Positions 39,720-53,245 are shown, counted from the first letter of the stretch. The stretch is 64,000 nt of DNA from Eledone cirrhosa (GCA_964016885.1 OZ024745.1:18290001-18354000); one strand, 5' to 3'. Numbers and translations are program-made. The notes: generated from the sequence alone by a model not told the origin.

Positions 39720-41630
39720 TTACTTACCTTCCGGGGTCTTGTGAAGGTCGGGTGGTTCGACCTCCATGGTTTGTGGGGTTTCTTTTGGGAACCCCTTTAA
39801 TAGTCTTGACGTGGGTTTTACGTTCGGGGTTCCCACATCCCGAGGAAAGCTCTTTCGAATTTCTTTGTATGAAGCGAGCGACATTCGCATCAGAAGCAAA
39901 TTATCTGGTACGCGAAATGTGCTCGCTTCAAATGTTTCCCCGTCTTTTTCGATGTTTGTGCTTCGTGCTACATGGGCCATCAATTCCTTGTTGGCCCTTC
40001 TGGCAAGCACGAAGTTTTTAATGTTTTGTTGCTCGGGTTTTATTTGTTCGTGTGATTGTGGTGGTGATAGCTTTGTTAGTGTTGTTTCTATTGTGTCTGC
40101 GTTTGTTGTGGGTGGGGTGTCTGTAGTTTCTGATGTTTGTGTGTCTATTTGTTCTTGTGTCTGTTTAGCTTGTTTGCGTTTGGGGGATTTTGGTGGTTGT
40201 GTTGGTGATGCTGTGGGGAAAATGTTTGTGTGGGTGGTGTGTGTATTTTTTTTTGTGGGGGTGTTTGTGCTTTGTGGATTTCTTTTTTTTTTGTGTTTTG
40301 TTTTTTGTATTTTGGGGGACTTTGGTTTTCCCTCATCTTCACTGCTGGAGGATGAGGGGTCTGTGGCTGTGAGCGTGTTTGTGTCTGAGTGAGTGTTTAT
40401 GTTCTTGTTCGTGTGTGTATTTTTGGGGGGAGGGGGAATGGGAGAGCTTTCCTCGTTTCCCCCCTGGGTGTGCAATTTTGGTGGTTCCATTGTTGACGGT
40501 GTTGCTGGTGGTCCTTGTCCCGGCGTCGCCAGCAGTGGAATCTTTCGACCCCTTGCGCTTTTCGGCAGTTGAGGGCAGAAGGCTCGCAAGTGTGTCGTTT
40601 CCCCACAAAGGAAACAATGCGGCCTTTTGCCCTCAGTCATTATATGCAACACCCTCCCGTTTTGGAGGCGGATGTGGTCCGGGATTGTTTTTACGTTTTC
40701 GGGTCTGATTTGGAGCAGTATCTCCAGATCAACCCCGGACCAGTCGTCCCTGGCAGTTCTCGTTGCCTCTACCGGGACTGTATCCGTTCCTTCCACGATT
40801 ACGCAACCCAGGAGCCACCACATATCAAGTCCTGGTGGAATCCTGGGAATGCGCACACGTGCTATTCGTTTTCCCATGTGGGAGGGGTACATTATGACCT
40901 TGCTGGTTTTGCAAGGGGTCATTGAATGCTTCACAGCGAGGGCTTCAGACTTGAACAGCACCGAAACGGTGCCGTATTGCCTGCCCCTCTCTATGAAGTC
41001 TGTGTCCTCTCTGATGTATTTCAGTGCGGCTTCTATGTCAGCTTGGGCGATTATCGCTGCCCTCTTTGTCTCTACTGAGATGCATCTGAAATGCACCGTT
41101 CTTTTTTCCACTGCCTCAATGGCTTCTGCCGGGACAGTTAAGTTTGCCCAGGTCTGCTCTTGATTTATGATTTTCCAGGCCTGGGCCAACTTTTCCTCTC
41201 TGTTGGTTAAGTCGATGCTGTAGCATGGTCTCCTTTTAGCCGCTGCCACAGCAGCGAAAGTGTTCTTGTTGGTGTTGTCACTGTTGTTGTTCTTGTTGGT
41301 GTTGCTGCTGCTATTGCTGTTGTTGTTCTCCCCTGTGTCGTGGTTACCTTCTGTGCTGTTGGCCTTGTTGGTGCTGTTGCTGTCGCTACTATTACTCTCC
41401 GTGCTGTTCGTTTTGTTGGTGCTCTCGCTATTACCACCTTCTGCGCTGTTCGGCTTGTTGGTGTTGGTGTTGTCGCTGTTACCACCTTCCGCGCCGCTCG
41501 GCCCGTTGGTGCTGGCACTGTCGCTGCTCACATTCGTGCTGGTGGCGCTCCTCGCCCCACCTCTCCTCTCAACGCTCAAGTCGCCGTTGCACGACAGCAG
41601 ACCCGCCTCTAGGGGGCGTGGCTCCGCCAT
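39720..41630 (-). CDS. ORF1: nucleic-acid-binding protein with Asn/Ser/Thr-rich N-terminus and CCHC zinc knuckle (636 aa)
   Basis: CFLCGETTHLRAFC (CX2CX4HX4C knuckle), position upstream of ORF2, and low-complexity flanks typical of Tx1/L1 ORF1. Confidence 0.9.
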   Translation of the reverse strand: MAEPRPLEAGLLSCNGDLSVERRGGARSATSTNVSSDSASTNGPSGAEGGNSDNTNTNKPNSAEGGNSESTNKTNSTESNSSDSNSTNKANSTEGNHDTGENNNSNSSSNTNKNNNSDNTNKNTFAAVAAAKRRPCYSIDLTNREEKLAQAWKIINQEQTWANLTVPAEAIEAVEKRTVHFRCISVETKRAAIIAQADIEAALKYIREDTDFIERGRQYGTVSVLFKSEALAVKHSMTPCKTSKVIMYPSHMGKRIARVRIPRIPPGLDMWWLLGCVIVEGTDTVPVEATRTARDDWSGVDLEILLQIRPENVKTIPDHIRLQNGRVLHIMTEGKRPHCFLCGETTHLRAFCPQLPKSARGRKIPLLATPGQGPPATPSTMEPPKLHTQGGNEESSPIPPPPKNTHTNKNINTHSDTNTLTATDPSSSSSEDEGKPKSPKIQKTKHKKKRNPQSTNTPTKKNTHTTHTNIFPTASPTQPPKSPKRKQAKQTQEQIDTQTSETTDTPPTTNADTIETTLTKLSPPQSHEQIKPEQQNIKNFVLARRANKELMAHVARSTNIEKDGETFEASTFRVPDNLLLMRMSLASYKEIRKSFPRDVGTPNVKPTSRLLKGFPKETPQTMEVEPPDLHKTPEGK

Positions 41631-41840
41631 GTTTTTTTGAGAAAAAAATTATTATTTTTTTCAAAATAAAGTTCAAATATTTGGGCCAAAAGGCCCAAAT
41701 ATTATGAGTTATTCCTTCACAGGATACAAATTAATGTCTTATAATGCTTCAGCGGTACAAAAAATAAACAATTCTCTACAATTAATCCTCAAAAAATTGC
41801 TTACTCACGGAGCTTCAAAAAACGTACATCCACTTTCGTC

Positions 41841-41871
<31 letters not shown>

Positions 41872-42924
41872 TGTGGAGAAGGAGCACACGAGTCGGAATA
41901 TATATATGAAAATAGGGAGAAAAGACGATTATTAGGAAGAAATTTCTTTTTTCTTTTTTTTTTTTGTCATATATATATATATATATTAAATTTATAGGAT
42001 ATATGTATATATTTAGACATATATTTAGACATAGTCACAGATGCATATATGAGCGTGGCTACCTTTCACGGTGTGGCTCAATTAAAAAATGTAATTAAGC
42101 AAATAATTATCAATCAGAGCTATATATAAAATTGCAATTTTGAAGAATTATTAGATAAAATATATATAGTCTTTCCTCTCCCTAGTCTACAGAAATCAAC
42201 CATATAAATAATCATTTAAACGAGGCCATAAGTTTAAAATGTAACCATTCCTCCAGCAATACATATTGTTGATACCTTTCAGCTTCAAGCCTCGCAGAAA
42301 AAGCCATAGACTTTTCCAGTCATAATCATTTATATATTACCAATGCTGTAGACCCTACCACATTCTTATTGCACCTCGGAGGAGAGCTTTCTAGGTAAAA
42401 ATTCCATGGCCATTCGTGACCGAATGTCTTTGCCCTTTACCCTCAGTGGTTAGCGAACCAGTCTCATACTTCATGTATATTTCATAACATTCTATATTTT
42501 GTGAGAAAAAAAAAATTTAAATTTCAAAACGAATATTTGAAGATTGTTTTAAAAGTTTATTAATGTAAAGTAAAAAAACGGTAACTTGAAAATATCTTCA
42601 GCGCAGCATGATTCAATATATATGTTGATGGTTTTTATGTGGAACATTTTAAGTGGATTTTTAAATGTCAGACGTTATAAGGCGATTATTAAAATTGATC
42701 TAAAGGATATACATAAAAACATATAGTTACACACCCATTATGTTTGTTTCTCTTCCACCCCTCTCTCTCCTGCTCTCTCTCTGGGTGTATGTGTGGGAGT
42801 GTACATATGTACGCACACTCACATAAAAACATATGCGCAGACACATATTTATATATATATAGAGAGAGAGAGATAGATAGATAGATAGATAGATGCATAC
42901 ATGTATATACATATGTATGAACAA

Positions 42925-43170
42925 TGTGGTTTAGTGGTTAGAGGGTTGGACTTTCAATTGTGACGTTGTGAGTTCGATTCGGATACACGGTGTTGCGTTG
43001 TGTCCTTGAATAAAACACTTTATTTCACGTTATTGCAGTTTACTCTGCTGTAGTTTCACTAGTTCCAAGCTGTAGCAGTCATTTCCTTTTCCTTGGTCAA
43101 CATTGGTGGCATGGAGTGGGGAGGCTGCTATGCATGTACAACTGCTGGTCTTCCACAACCAGCCTTGAAG
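42925..43170 (+). mobile_element. tRNA-derived CORE-like SINE, old copy
   Basis: A-box GTGGTTTAGTGG, B-box GAGTTCGATTC, then TGTGTCCTTGAATAAAACACTT resembling the CORE domain. Related copies at 53908 and 57670. Confidence 0.7.
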
Positions 43171-43381
43171 AAGAAAATTTCATATTATACATATATGTAT
43201 GTGTTTGTACGTGTGTGTGTGTGTGTGTGTGTAAAGGTATATCTGCACATACACCCGATCGAAGTAACCTTAGTGTATATCTTGATAAACCACCAGCATG
43301 GACGCTGAAATTATACAAGTCCTTGCGCCTATTTCACTGATATAGCTATCAGTGATATTCAGGTTAATGCTATTGTATGTG

Positions 43382-43720
43382 AGCCCCGGTCACTCTCCGA
43401 CAGGTTTGCGATCGGGCCCTTGGCAGTGGAGACTTATGGTGTCCTTGGCCCTAGGACTACCTCCCTACTCACCACCGTAGGCGCCGAGCTGGCCAGCCGT
43501 AGGCGTGAGCCTCACGAGTTGGAATGGCTCTTCCAGCTCATCTCCCTTACCATCCTCCGGGGAAACGCCTTCTCGATTCTGTCTGCCGGGGCTTTGGGGA
43601 GGCCAGCACGTGGCACCCCATTTGCCACCATATGGAGAGATGGGGAGGGCGATGACAGTGGGAGTTTGGCTCTTCCACGTTCGGACCATATCCTTGTGGT
43701 TGTGTTCATCAAGTCCTAGT
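43382..43720 (+). pseudogene. 3' fragment of CRE-clade (restriction-like endonuclease) non-LTR retrotransposon
   Basis: AVETYGVLGP...LFQLISLTILRGNAFSILS is the C-terminal signature of CRE-like RLE proteins. Homologous to 44876-45262. Confidence 0.8.
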
Positions 43721-44806
43721 GCAGTCATGAAATTAAATGCCTCAATGATCACTTATATAAATTAGTTCACTGTAAGCCCCTCGGTTAGGTATTTACTTGT
43801 GATTGTTTAGATGTTCAGAATAAAAATACTGAACGTAGAGAAGAGTAGTATAAACATTCTCGAAAGAAACCCAAACGATGCAATACAAAATATTTCAGTT
43901 ATTTAAAAGAAAATATGTGTAAGGAAATGTCTGATTATTAATAGATATGAGAAATTGAAGTTAAAAAATATGCTGCAGTATTTATGAAAATGTATTATGA
44001 ATATAAGAAAATTGGGAGTTTCTATGGTGTTCGATTAAAGTGGAATATATACTTAAATTGTTCATGTAATAAATTGATATGGTATAAATGTTTATGTAAA
44101 ACTGTATACATAACATATAAACCATTAAGATGGGAGACATCAAAAGGAAAAGAGTCGTGTGAATATATATAAGCTTGTTTTCGTCAATTATATTTCAATG
44201 AAGAAGTTTTATCACTAAATATATAAAGCAATTAACGTCGACTTTCGAATGAATTGTATATATATATATATATATATATATGGGTGTGTGTTAGGACTTG
44301 AATGTGGCAACCTGCCATATTATGTAGGGTGCCACAGCCCTACATCATAGAAGAGAGTGTGTGAAGGTAGTTGAGGTCAGAGTGAGAACAAAGAAGGCCA
44401 CAGAGATACGTTGCGGTTAATATACCTTTCGATTTCATCATATATATTAATATTTCCAGCTATGCCGTCATAGATACATAGGTACATATTTACCGATCTC
44501 CTAAAGCATATCTATATTGCCTATATGTCTTGACTGCTTATTTAATTAGATCCTGATAATTGTATGTACGTATGTACATAACAGACCATTTAGATATATG
44601 TTGATCAAAGACAACTTGCTCTCAAACAACTATGAACATTTATCATGTATGTTTCCATTGATATGTTCACAAATACAGTAGCACGGTCTTTTTCTTTAAA
44701 ATATAGTTTTGATTTTATTTTGTACGCAGAGTTCCTATGAAATATCAAAAGGCTGAGCACTATCATATGTAGGGGATATAATTTTTTTTTTTTACTTCAA
44801 CATCAA

Positions 44807-45550
44807 TTTTTTTTTTTTTTTTTTTAAACACTTTAGTCTTTATTGTGTTGTGTCAGATGAAAGAATGGTATTTAACTAATGTATTGGTACGCGATGGGGC
44901 CCACCCACAGCACCGGCGGACAGAATGGAGAAGGCGTTTCCCCGGAGGACGTCAAGGAAGACGCGCTGGAAAAGCCACTCCAACTCGCGGGGCTCACACC
45001 TGCGGCTGGCCAGCTCAGCGCTTATGGTGGTGAGTAAGGAGGTAGCCCTGGGGCCGAGGACACCAGAAGTCTCCACTGCCAGGAGAACGACCGCAAACCT
45101 GTCGGAGAGCGACCGGTATTTGAGGAGTTTGGTCCCCTCAGCCCGACGTGCAGCAGAACCTGGGTCAGTCGCAGACTGCACCAGGTTGCGGCTGCAGAAA
45201 GTGTCGATGCAAGTGGCATCCCAGACGAGGGGTTTGCCACCGCGGAACGGGAAGATGGTCATGCCACTGGCCTTTTGCCGTCCCCTCGATCCAGCCCCAC
45301 CGGCTCGAGCTGGGAAGGGAAGCCTGCAGCGTCCAAGCCATGCTTAATGACCTCGTTGAGGGCAGCATGGCGTGGAATGAGGCCGGCACCGGCACTGTGG
45401 CGACAGGAAAGCGGGTGGAGGCCGAAAGAGTGCACGGTGGAACCCCAGCGACATTGGTGTGGCTGGCAGATCCGGAGGCCGAGCCTCAGGGAAACGCTGA
45501 TTCGCAGGCTATGGTTGTCTAGCTGCGTGCCAGTGGAGGTAGGATACAGA
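44807..45550 (-). pseudogene. 5'-truncated, frameshifted CRE-clade retrotransposon with poly(A) tail
   Basis: [18 protein letters not shown], zinc-finger remnant CRWG..H.LSC, RHAALN, frameshifted GKRP, GKPLVWDAT, VETSG, FQR..RGNA. AATAAA then a ~19-nt A tract (T-run at 44807-44825 on the plus strand). Confidence 0.85.
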
Positions 45551-45748
45551 ACTATTTGAGTAATTATATTTCCAAAACTCTTCAAGTAATTAAATGATGG
45601 GGAGATGGGTATTAACATTATAGGGGTTAGATATGCGGTATACTAAGTTGATATGACAAAGAATTGCGCTAAATGATTGATGAATAAATAATAGCTGAGG
45701 AATTTTAAAAAGCTGTGTGTGCTTAAGTACATATGTGCAGGGTTCATG

Positions 45749-45787
<39 letters not shown>

Positions 45788-45993
45788 ATAAATAAATAAA
45801 TAGATATTTTGATAGAAGAATATGAAATGAGAAATTTCAGAGATGTTTGGCTGGTACTGCGGAATCAAATAAAACAGGACATGCGAATCATTGAAACGGA
45901 ATTCGATTTGATTAGAACTCAGAGGTCTAATAAGAGGCAAATTGCATTACAACCGGGATATAGTCGAGTCTAAACAGAATTATTTCAACAAGA

Positions 45994-46036
<43 letters not shown>

Positions 46037-46722
46037 AATATATTTATGAGTGCGTGTGTATGTATGTATCGCTCATAATATAAATGTTATAATTTAAACA
46101 CGTTTTACTTGCATGGTGATCCCATGGTCATGTACAACAACGAGACTGGAATAAAAATTATTTCAAACAGATACCGAAACCGAGTCCCCCATCTCTGCCT
46201 TCACTCACTTTTCCAATCTTACTCCCACTTTCAACCTTACTCCCACTTTCAACCTGTCACCCTCTCCTTATGAATCTCAATATCTCCTTCTCTCTCTCTC
46301 TCTCTCTCTGTATATATATATATGTAGATATATGTGTGTGTGTGTGCAGCTTTCTCTCTCTTCTTCCATTAGCTCTTACTGAAAGACGAATGCCATTTAT
46401 CGTTAATTGTATAATAACACTACACACGCACTCACATATTAATCTAATACATATGAAAATAATTTGATTTACATTTAGATTAGAATACTTCGCACTTGTT
46501 CGTTCGATGTGTTTGTTTGCCAAAACTGATCATTTTTCTAACATACTAATCATATAGTGTGCGTCAGTAAACAGTATACACACATCCAACTACAATCTAA
46601 CCCATAAATTTATGTAAACACTAATCATCCAATATGTCCAAACAACCGTAGCCATTTAGAAAGTAATGACAACGGTTATTGAAAGCATGGTCATTTATCA
46701 ATATATAATTATATTATTCTGA

Positions 46723-46755
<33 letters not shown>

Positions 46756-46864
46756 CTGCAACAAAGCATGTAGTTATCTAAATTTAATAGTCTAAATGTT
46801 TTCTTTAAGTTGTTCATAATAATTTATATAATGCTGATGAAATTTGCATATATATATATATGTG

Positions 46865-47266
<402 letters not shown>

Positions 47267-47853
47267 TTTTTAACGGTGTCATATTATATTCTGATGATCT
47301 CTATATATGATTCTCTGAAATATTAAACACAAGCACAGATTAATGCAATGTCTGAAAGATGTCACATTTTCACTTGAAATTACACTTAACTTTATTAAAA
47401 CGAAATTTAAAATAGCTTCTGTTTTTTATTGATTTGTTTTATTTGTTTGTATTAGGTTCTCTCCCATACGCTTTCTCTCTCTGTATCTATCTTTATTTCT
47501 TTGACAATGTCTATTTGTGCATATAGCTTTTTTTCCTTCTCTGTCCTATTGCTCACTAACTCTCCATGCCTCACTAACTGAATAACTAACAATACATCTG
47601 TCTCTCTCACTCTATATCTCTATCTCTACCTGTGTCTTTGTATTTTTGTCTCGTTCTTCCTTTAACTCTGTGTATCTCAACATATCTTTCTGTCTATGTT
47701 CAACTGTTTTTCTAATCTCTGTTTTGTCATATAAACATCCCCATATCTGAATCTCTATTTTTCTGACTCTCTCTAATTGCCTCTCTCTTCATCGACCGGT
47801 CTTTCTAATTCACCACCTTTTATCTGTATATACCGCTATCTCAATTCGCCTGT

Positions 47854-47928
<75 letters not shown>

Positions 47929-50900
47929 TTTACTTTCTAATTCTTTAAATCTCTCTTTATTTACGTCTCTATATTCTATTTCTCTATATTTATATCTCTG
48001 TCTATCCCATTATTCCAATCTACCCTTTCTCATTATCAACCCTCCCTCCATATCCGTGTACTCTCTCTAGCTCTTTCATTCTATTGTTTATTCTATTATT
48101 CTCTCATAGTAGTCCCCCTCTTACCCACTATTCTTTCTGTCTTCCAGACTAAAATATGTTCCATATGTTGTTATTGTTTAGAATATTTATCCATAAATTT
48201 GTTAATTTCGTTATTTTAACACAGAACAATCAATAAATAATGCCAAATTCGGCTTTATCATTCAAAGTTTCTTTTTTTTTTTCCTCCTCTTAACAATCTT
48301 TATTAAATTTATCACACACCAACATGAATAATATCAACAAAAACATAATTATCAGCTTTTCACGTATCTATATCTAAGAGCAAACCGTTTTGGTTTTCCC
48401 AGCTGAATTAAATATATTACGGTATGGATTGATAATTAATTTGTATCATTTCCTGACCCTACTTTATTAGAATTGGTTCGCTTTCGGGAATACAATGAAG
48501 GAATTATCGAGAAATAACATGTTTTAATTTTTTCTTCAGTATTTCTGTGTTAGTTTTATTTTTCACTTCCCTTCCAAAATTATATTTTCTGTTAATTTAT
48601 TTCAAAATATATTTCGGGGTCATGATTTGCATCGGGATGAAAATGAAATGAAAAATCAGTGACTAATTTCTCAAATCAAATTTTTTTAAAAAATAAATTA
48701 GGAATGTTTCAAGGAACCAGTTATATATGGCTATATTAGATGTATCGATTCGATTGATAATTAAAACTTTTCCATGGAAACGTTCAAGTTTGATCTCTGG
48801 CCCTACAATAATGAGTGACCTTTCAGCCGTCAGTTATTGTCACTCAAATGAATAATAAGATTAATGAAAAACAATAATTAACTATCTTTTATTTTGGCAT
48901 TTTCTATCAGGGCTATTCCTTAGCAACCAGCGTATGAAAGAAATATATTCTTTGAAAATAACGTGTATTATTATCTTCAAATTTTCTGCATTGACAAAAG
49001 ACAGATTTTAATTTTCTACACGAGTAGCATAGTGGTCAATCTAACAAAATTACTTATTTCACCACCAGACCCTGTGTAATTGTTTCATATATGCAGGAGA
49101 TATTTACCATAAGTATGGAAGCCTATATAGAGTCGTTGGTAATGCTAGAATTTCCAGTAACATTCCCCCAAATTACACTCTTTCCATATTAGAAAGAAAG
49201 TTCTACTTAATACTAAACAGCGGGAAACTCGTAGCTGAACTGTCTTTGACCAGAGTGTGGCACAATCAAGGAGAATTTGGTGCTAAACTTTAACTATGTT
49301 TTAAGCGTAAAGTTCAAAGGTCGTAGGCTATGACGAAAGAGCTTTTATGAACTAATTAAATAATTAGTTATGTAAACAACTATTTGAATAAGTAACTATA
49401 TGATTAATAACAAGAATACGAAAATCAACAGCTGCCTGTATTTAATTGGCCATATGACACTCACAAAATATATCTTATACAGAATCTAGTGGAAACTCTG
49501 CGAAAACACACCCAACGAAATGCCGGAATCTAAAAGATTGCACCAATTCTTCGTTCTATCATTTATGGCTTTATAGACCTTTCTTATTACTTTCCCATGC
49601 AGCCAGATCTGCCCTTACTTCCCCGTCTCCAGTTTCTCAGTACTTAATTTTGCTTCTATCTTTCTTTCTCGTATTTATTTATCTCAAGGACTGTTTGTTA
49701 TTTGTAATGTTATACAATTGTGAATAAAATTACTCAAATTGTAAAAGAAATATAAAATAATAGAAAGAGCAATAGAGAGGAGACATCAGAAGGAAAGTAC
49801 GATTCTACTCCATCTCTAAGAAACTTTTCAAACTCTTCGGGAAAATTGTTTACTTGATTGTTTAGTAGAAATTCTAAACACCACATTTGAATATGATAAA
49901 CTTATTGATAGTAATAACGATGATTTCTGTGATAGAAACAGGGCCAAGAATTTAGTTAGATTATATTGAACGCTTTAAGTATCTGGTCCTAAGTTTTTTA
50001 CTTCAAGCGGTGAAATGTAAAGCGGACATATGAAAGGTTTGAACTTAAAATGCAGAAATATGTAACCAAATATTGACACACTTCAAACAATGGTACTTTT
50101 TTTATTAACCCAATAATAGTGAAAGAAGACCTAAAGGATTTTGACGTATTTTCTACCACAGATCTAATTAAATAGCTTAGGGAAATTTGATTGGATATTT
50201 TCCGTTCTTGCAACAAATATATATGAAAAATAAACACGACAAAACATTAATAAATTTTATGGAGGTCATGATGAAGATAATCAACATAAGGATCATCATC
50301 ACGACTGTCATCATTATAACAATGCCCGTCATGTTGATAGTCAGGGGAAAGCAAAGTCAACGTTAGTTTCATTACTTTATACTGCTTCTCTTTCATGTCT
50401 TCCTATTCACCTTAATCATCTTTATCATCATCAATATCTCTATATTTGCACAAAGCAATATAGAACTACACGCTAACCTTATCATCTTTGATATAATGGT
50501 GTATCTATTGTTTGTGTTTGGTTGATGCAATTATATAAATGTGTAGTGGTTCAACTATGTTATGATGTTGTAGTGGTATGTAGTAGTGTGTTTATAGTGT
50601 AGTGGTTGCTGATATTATGTTGTTGGTGTTGGAGAATTATTGGTGGTGTTATGTAGATGTAGTTATGAAATGGTGCATTAGTGTAAGTGTCCGTCAATAA
50701 ACCGATACAAACCCAATATTTTCAATTAAACTAGATTTTACAACACTTTTTCTGTGAATGCAAATATTTTCGTATTCCTTTGCAGCTTCCAGAACTTTTT
50801 AGGATATATAATTAAATATGCAAATATATAAAACAGCGAAAAACTATCTTGGTTGGCGATGTCCGCTAAGCAGCATTATCTTAGAAACCCAGCCAAGTGG

Positions 50901-51846
50901 GCGTTCTTTCATTTACAACTTGATTATATTCAGACGTTACACAAGATTTCAGCAAACTATGTGCTGAAACATTGATAAAAAAAATATATATAAAGGAATG
51001 CAAAAACACTAATGAAATATACAATAGTGAAAGGAAACCAGTTTATATGAATAGAGTATTTAGCAAGAAGAAAATCTATATGCGTACTACCAACAACACT
51101 CCAACGACTAAGTCAGGCTTGGTTATGCTGTATTTACATCACGCATCAATTTTAAATTTAATCAAAATCACGCAGAATGCCAAAAATGGTCAATAGCTTC
51201 GCTGTGTCTGATTCACAGATATAAATTCGCAGAGATGAGGATTTGAATAAAGTTACAAAAGTAAAAATAACCAAATAAAATGTAAAATTGAGAATAAATA
51301 TTTGGCAAAAATAAATAAAATTTAGGAAGAAAACGGACGATAATAGATACACATAGATCAGGAAAGTGAAGAAAGAAAGCCAAACAACTGTGAAGAGAAT
51401 GAAATAAAATGAAATGTAGCCGATTGCGTTCTATTCCTGTTGTTGTTATGGTGATTGATTCTATAAGAAGTTAAGAAAGGCCACGAACTTATTTTCAAAT
51501 ACAATTTACTCTAATCTTTTTCATAAAAGCAAGAGACACGGAATGGATGAATTACTAAAATTAATAATTGTGCGAAATATCCTCAAGAGGGTATATCAAT
51601 GCTGTTTATTTAGAATGGAAATATTAATCACAAAACAATAAATGCTTTACGATTAATATTAGGAGCCAAATTGTCGTGATATATTCAGATATAAGTCAAT
51701 TTCCTTAATGATATATATGGAGTGGAAGATATATAAGAGAAATGAAATACTAGTAGCATATATATAACAGAAATAATTCGTTGGGTGAGCCAAATGTATT
51801 CCTTCGTGTAAATGTTATCGAAGTGTTAACATGTTTAATGAAATGG

Positions 51847-51885
<39 letters not shown>

Positions 51886-52090
51886 TAAAAGGAAAAGAAA
51901 ATGCTGACAAATTTTTCTAAGTGAAAAATAGTTTAATTAGGAATAAGTATAAATTAGTAATAAGTATTGGTTAGTATTCAGTTTTAGTTTTTAAGTTTTT
52001 ACCGATTGCGCATTTCTAATGCTTTTCAAAAATAATTTTGAGATAGAGCGCCCGTGATGTTTGCTCTAATATATATATATATATATATAT

Positions 52091-52905
52091 AGTTAAATAT
52101 TAGACAGGAACAAAAATCAGAGAGGCAGTACAAATGGTAGTTTATTAGGTTCACGCTTTTGAGAGTGGGGGGGGAGACGTTTCGGCCTAAGCCCTTCATC
52201 AGGAGAAAAGTGGGTAGGAAGAGAGTTCCGAGGGTGTCTGGGGGAGTGGTGGAAAGACATTTAAAAAAGAGGAGGGAGAGAAGAGGGAGGAAAAACATTT
52301 TTTTTAGAAGTACAAATAAAAATAAAAATAAAAATTAACATAAAAATAAACAAGTGGTGGAAGGGTGTGAGGCGTGTAGGGGTGGTGGAGGTACATATAT
52401 ATATATGCCATGGACGGGATTTTATATCTCTCTCCCTCTCTCTATATATATATAAATATGTTTGTAGTAAGGTTGCTTGGATGCGTCCATAGGCGGTATG
52501 CCGGTTAAGCACAGTATGCTTCTTCGGAGCAGAGTATGATGATATGGAAAACGAAGAATCAGTGATGCATCGGAACACAATTTAATATATATTACAATTG
52601 TTTCTTCGGTGAACAGATCGAGGTGCGATCTGTTTGTGGATCGAACCTGACTCTGGATTCGCAATTTCCTCAGGTACGTCTAGGGATTTCGGAGCAAATC
52701 CTCTTTCTGCTGGACTCCGACCCTTAGAATTTCTATCATCTTCCGTCATCCTGTTTGCGCGGCGCTCCGATTGGTTGATAGTTCGAGACGTCATCTTTGT
52801 GTTTGACCATTCAAATCTGCCCACTGACAATTTCCCTTCAGACGTGAGCTGTCACTCACCCAAATCCCGGCGCCAGAAATTACTGCTGTGTAGGATAGGT
52901 GTTTT
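52091..52905 (-). mobile_element. Penelope-like element remnant with hammerhead motif, 3' end joined to (TA)n
   Basis: Hammerhead core CTGATGA...GAAACGTC followed by AATAAA and a terminus next to (TA)n. Terminal motif CAGAGAGGCAGTAC...TTTATTA is shared with 56701-56760. Protein similarity is weak. Confidence 0.6.
52176..52202 (-). ncRNA. Minimal hammerhead ribozyme core (Penelope type)
   Basis: CUGAUGA-AG-GGC(UUAG)GCC-GAAAC-GUC. Helix III is reduced to the palindrome ACGU. Helix I is not evidently paired in this copy. Confidence 0.6.
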
Positions 52906-52906
52906 G

Positions 52907-53050
52907 TAGCAAAGAGTTACGTCCCTTTATGGTCTGAGTTCAAATCCCGCGAGGTCAACTTTGCCTTTTATCGTTACGGGGTCGATAAAATAAAGTACCA
53001 GTAATGTACTGCGATAATTGCTGGCCTTGTGCCAATAGTAGAAACAGTTA
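52907..53050 (+). mobile_element. 5'-truncated SINE (short subfamily)
   Basis: GTTACGTCCCTTTA...GAGTTCAAATCCCG...TGGCCTTGTGCCAATAGTAGAAAC matches the 33391 SINE. Confidence 0.88.
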
Positions 53051-53245
53051 TGAACTCTCTTGTGCTTCCCTGGCTTGCCCGTCTCCTTACACATATTCAC
53101 CCACACGCACGTGTGCTCACACATATACAGACATTCCGAGCCATTAATCGCACACTTATCTGTGCGGACATACACACACACGCACACACGCACAAAGAGC
53201 TTCCACGTTCACACATGTATTCACCTCTCATATAAAGAAGATATA

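Larger units (their letters stand above)
36018..41840 (-). mobile_element. Full-length L1-clade (Tx1-like) non-LTR retrotransposon, ~5.8 kb, flanked by (ATT)n on both sides
   Basis: Two intact co-oriented ORFs 29 bp apart, ~210-bp 5' UTR, ~250-bp 3' UTR with AATAAA. GC-richer than the flanks. (AAT)n at 36001-36017 and 41841-41869. Confidence 0.93.

Noticed and set aside
36468-41640. Numerous plus-strand and alternate-frame ORFs overlapping the LINE
   Set aside because: Shadow ORFs of GC-rich or low-complexity coding sequence, with no independent motifs.
47291-47322. CTGATGA...GAAA hammerhead candidate
   Set aside because: The intervening sequence does not form helix II, and there is no helix I or III pairing.
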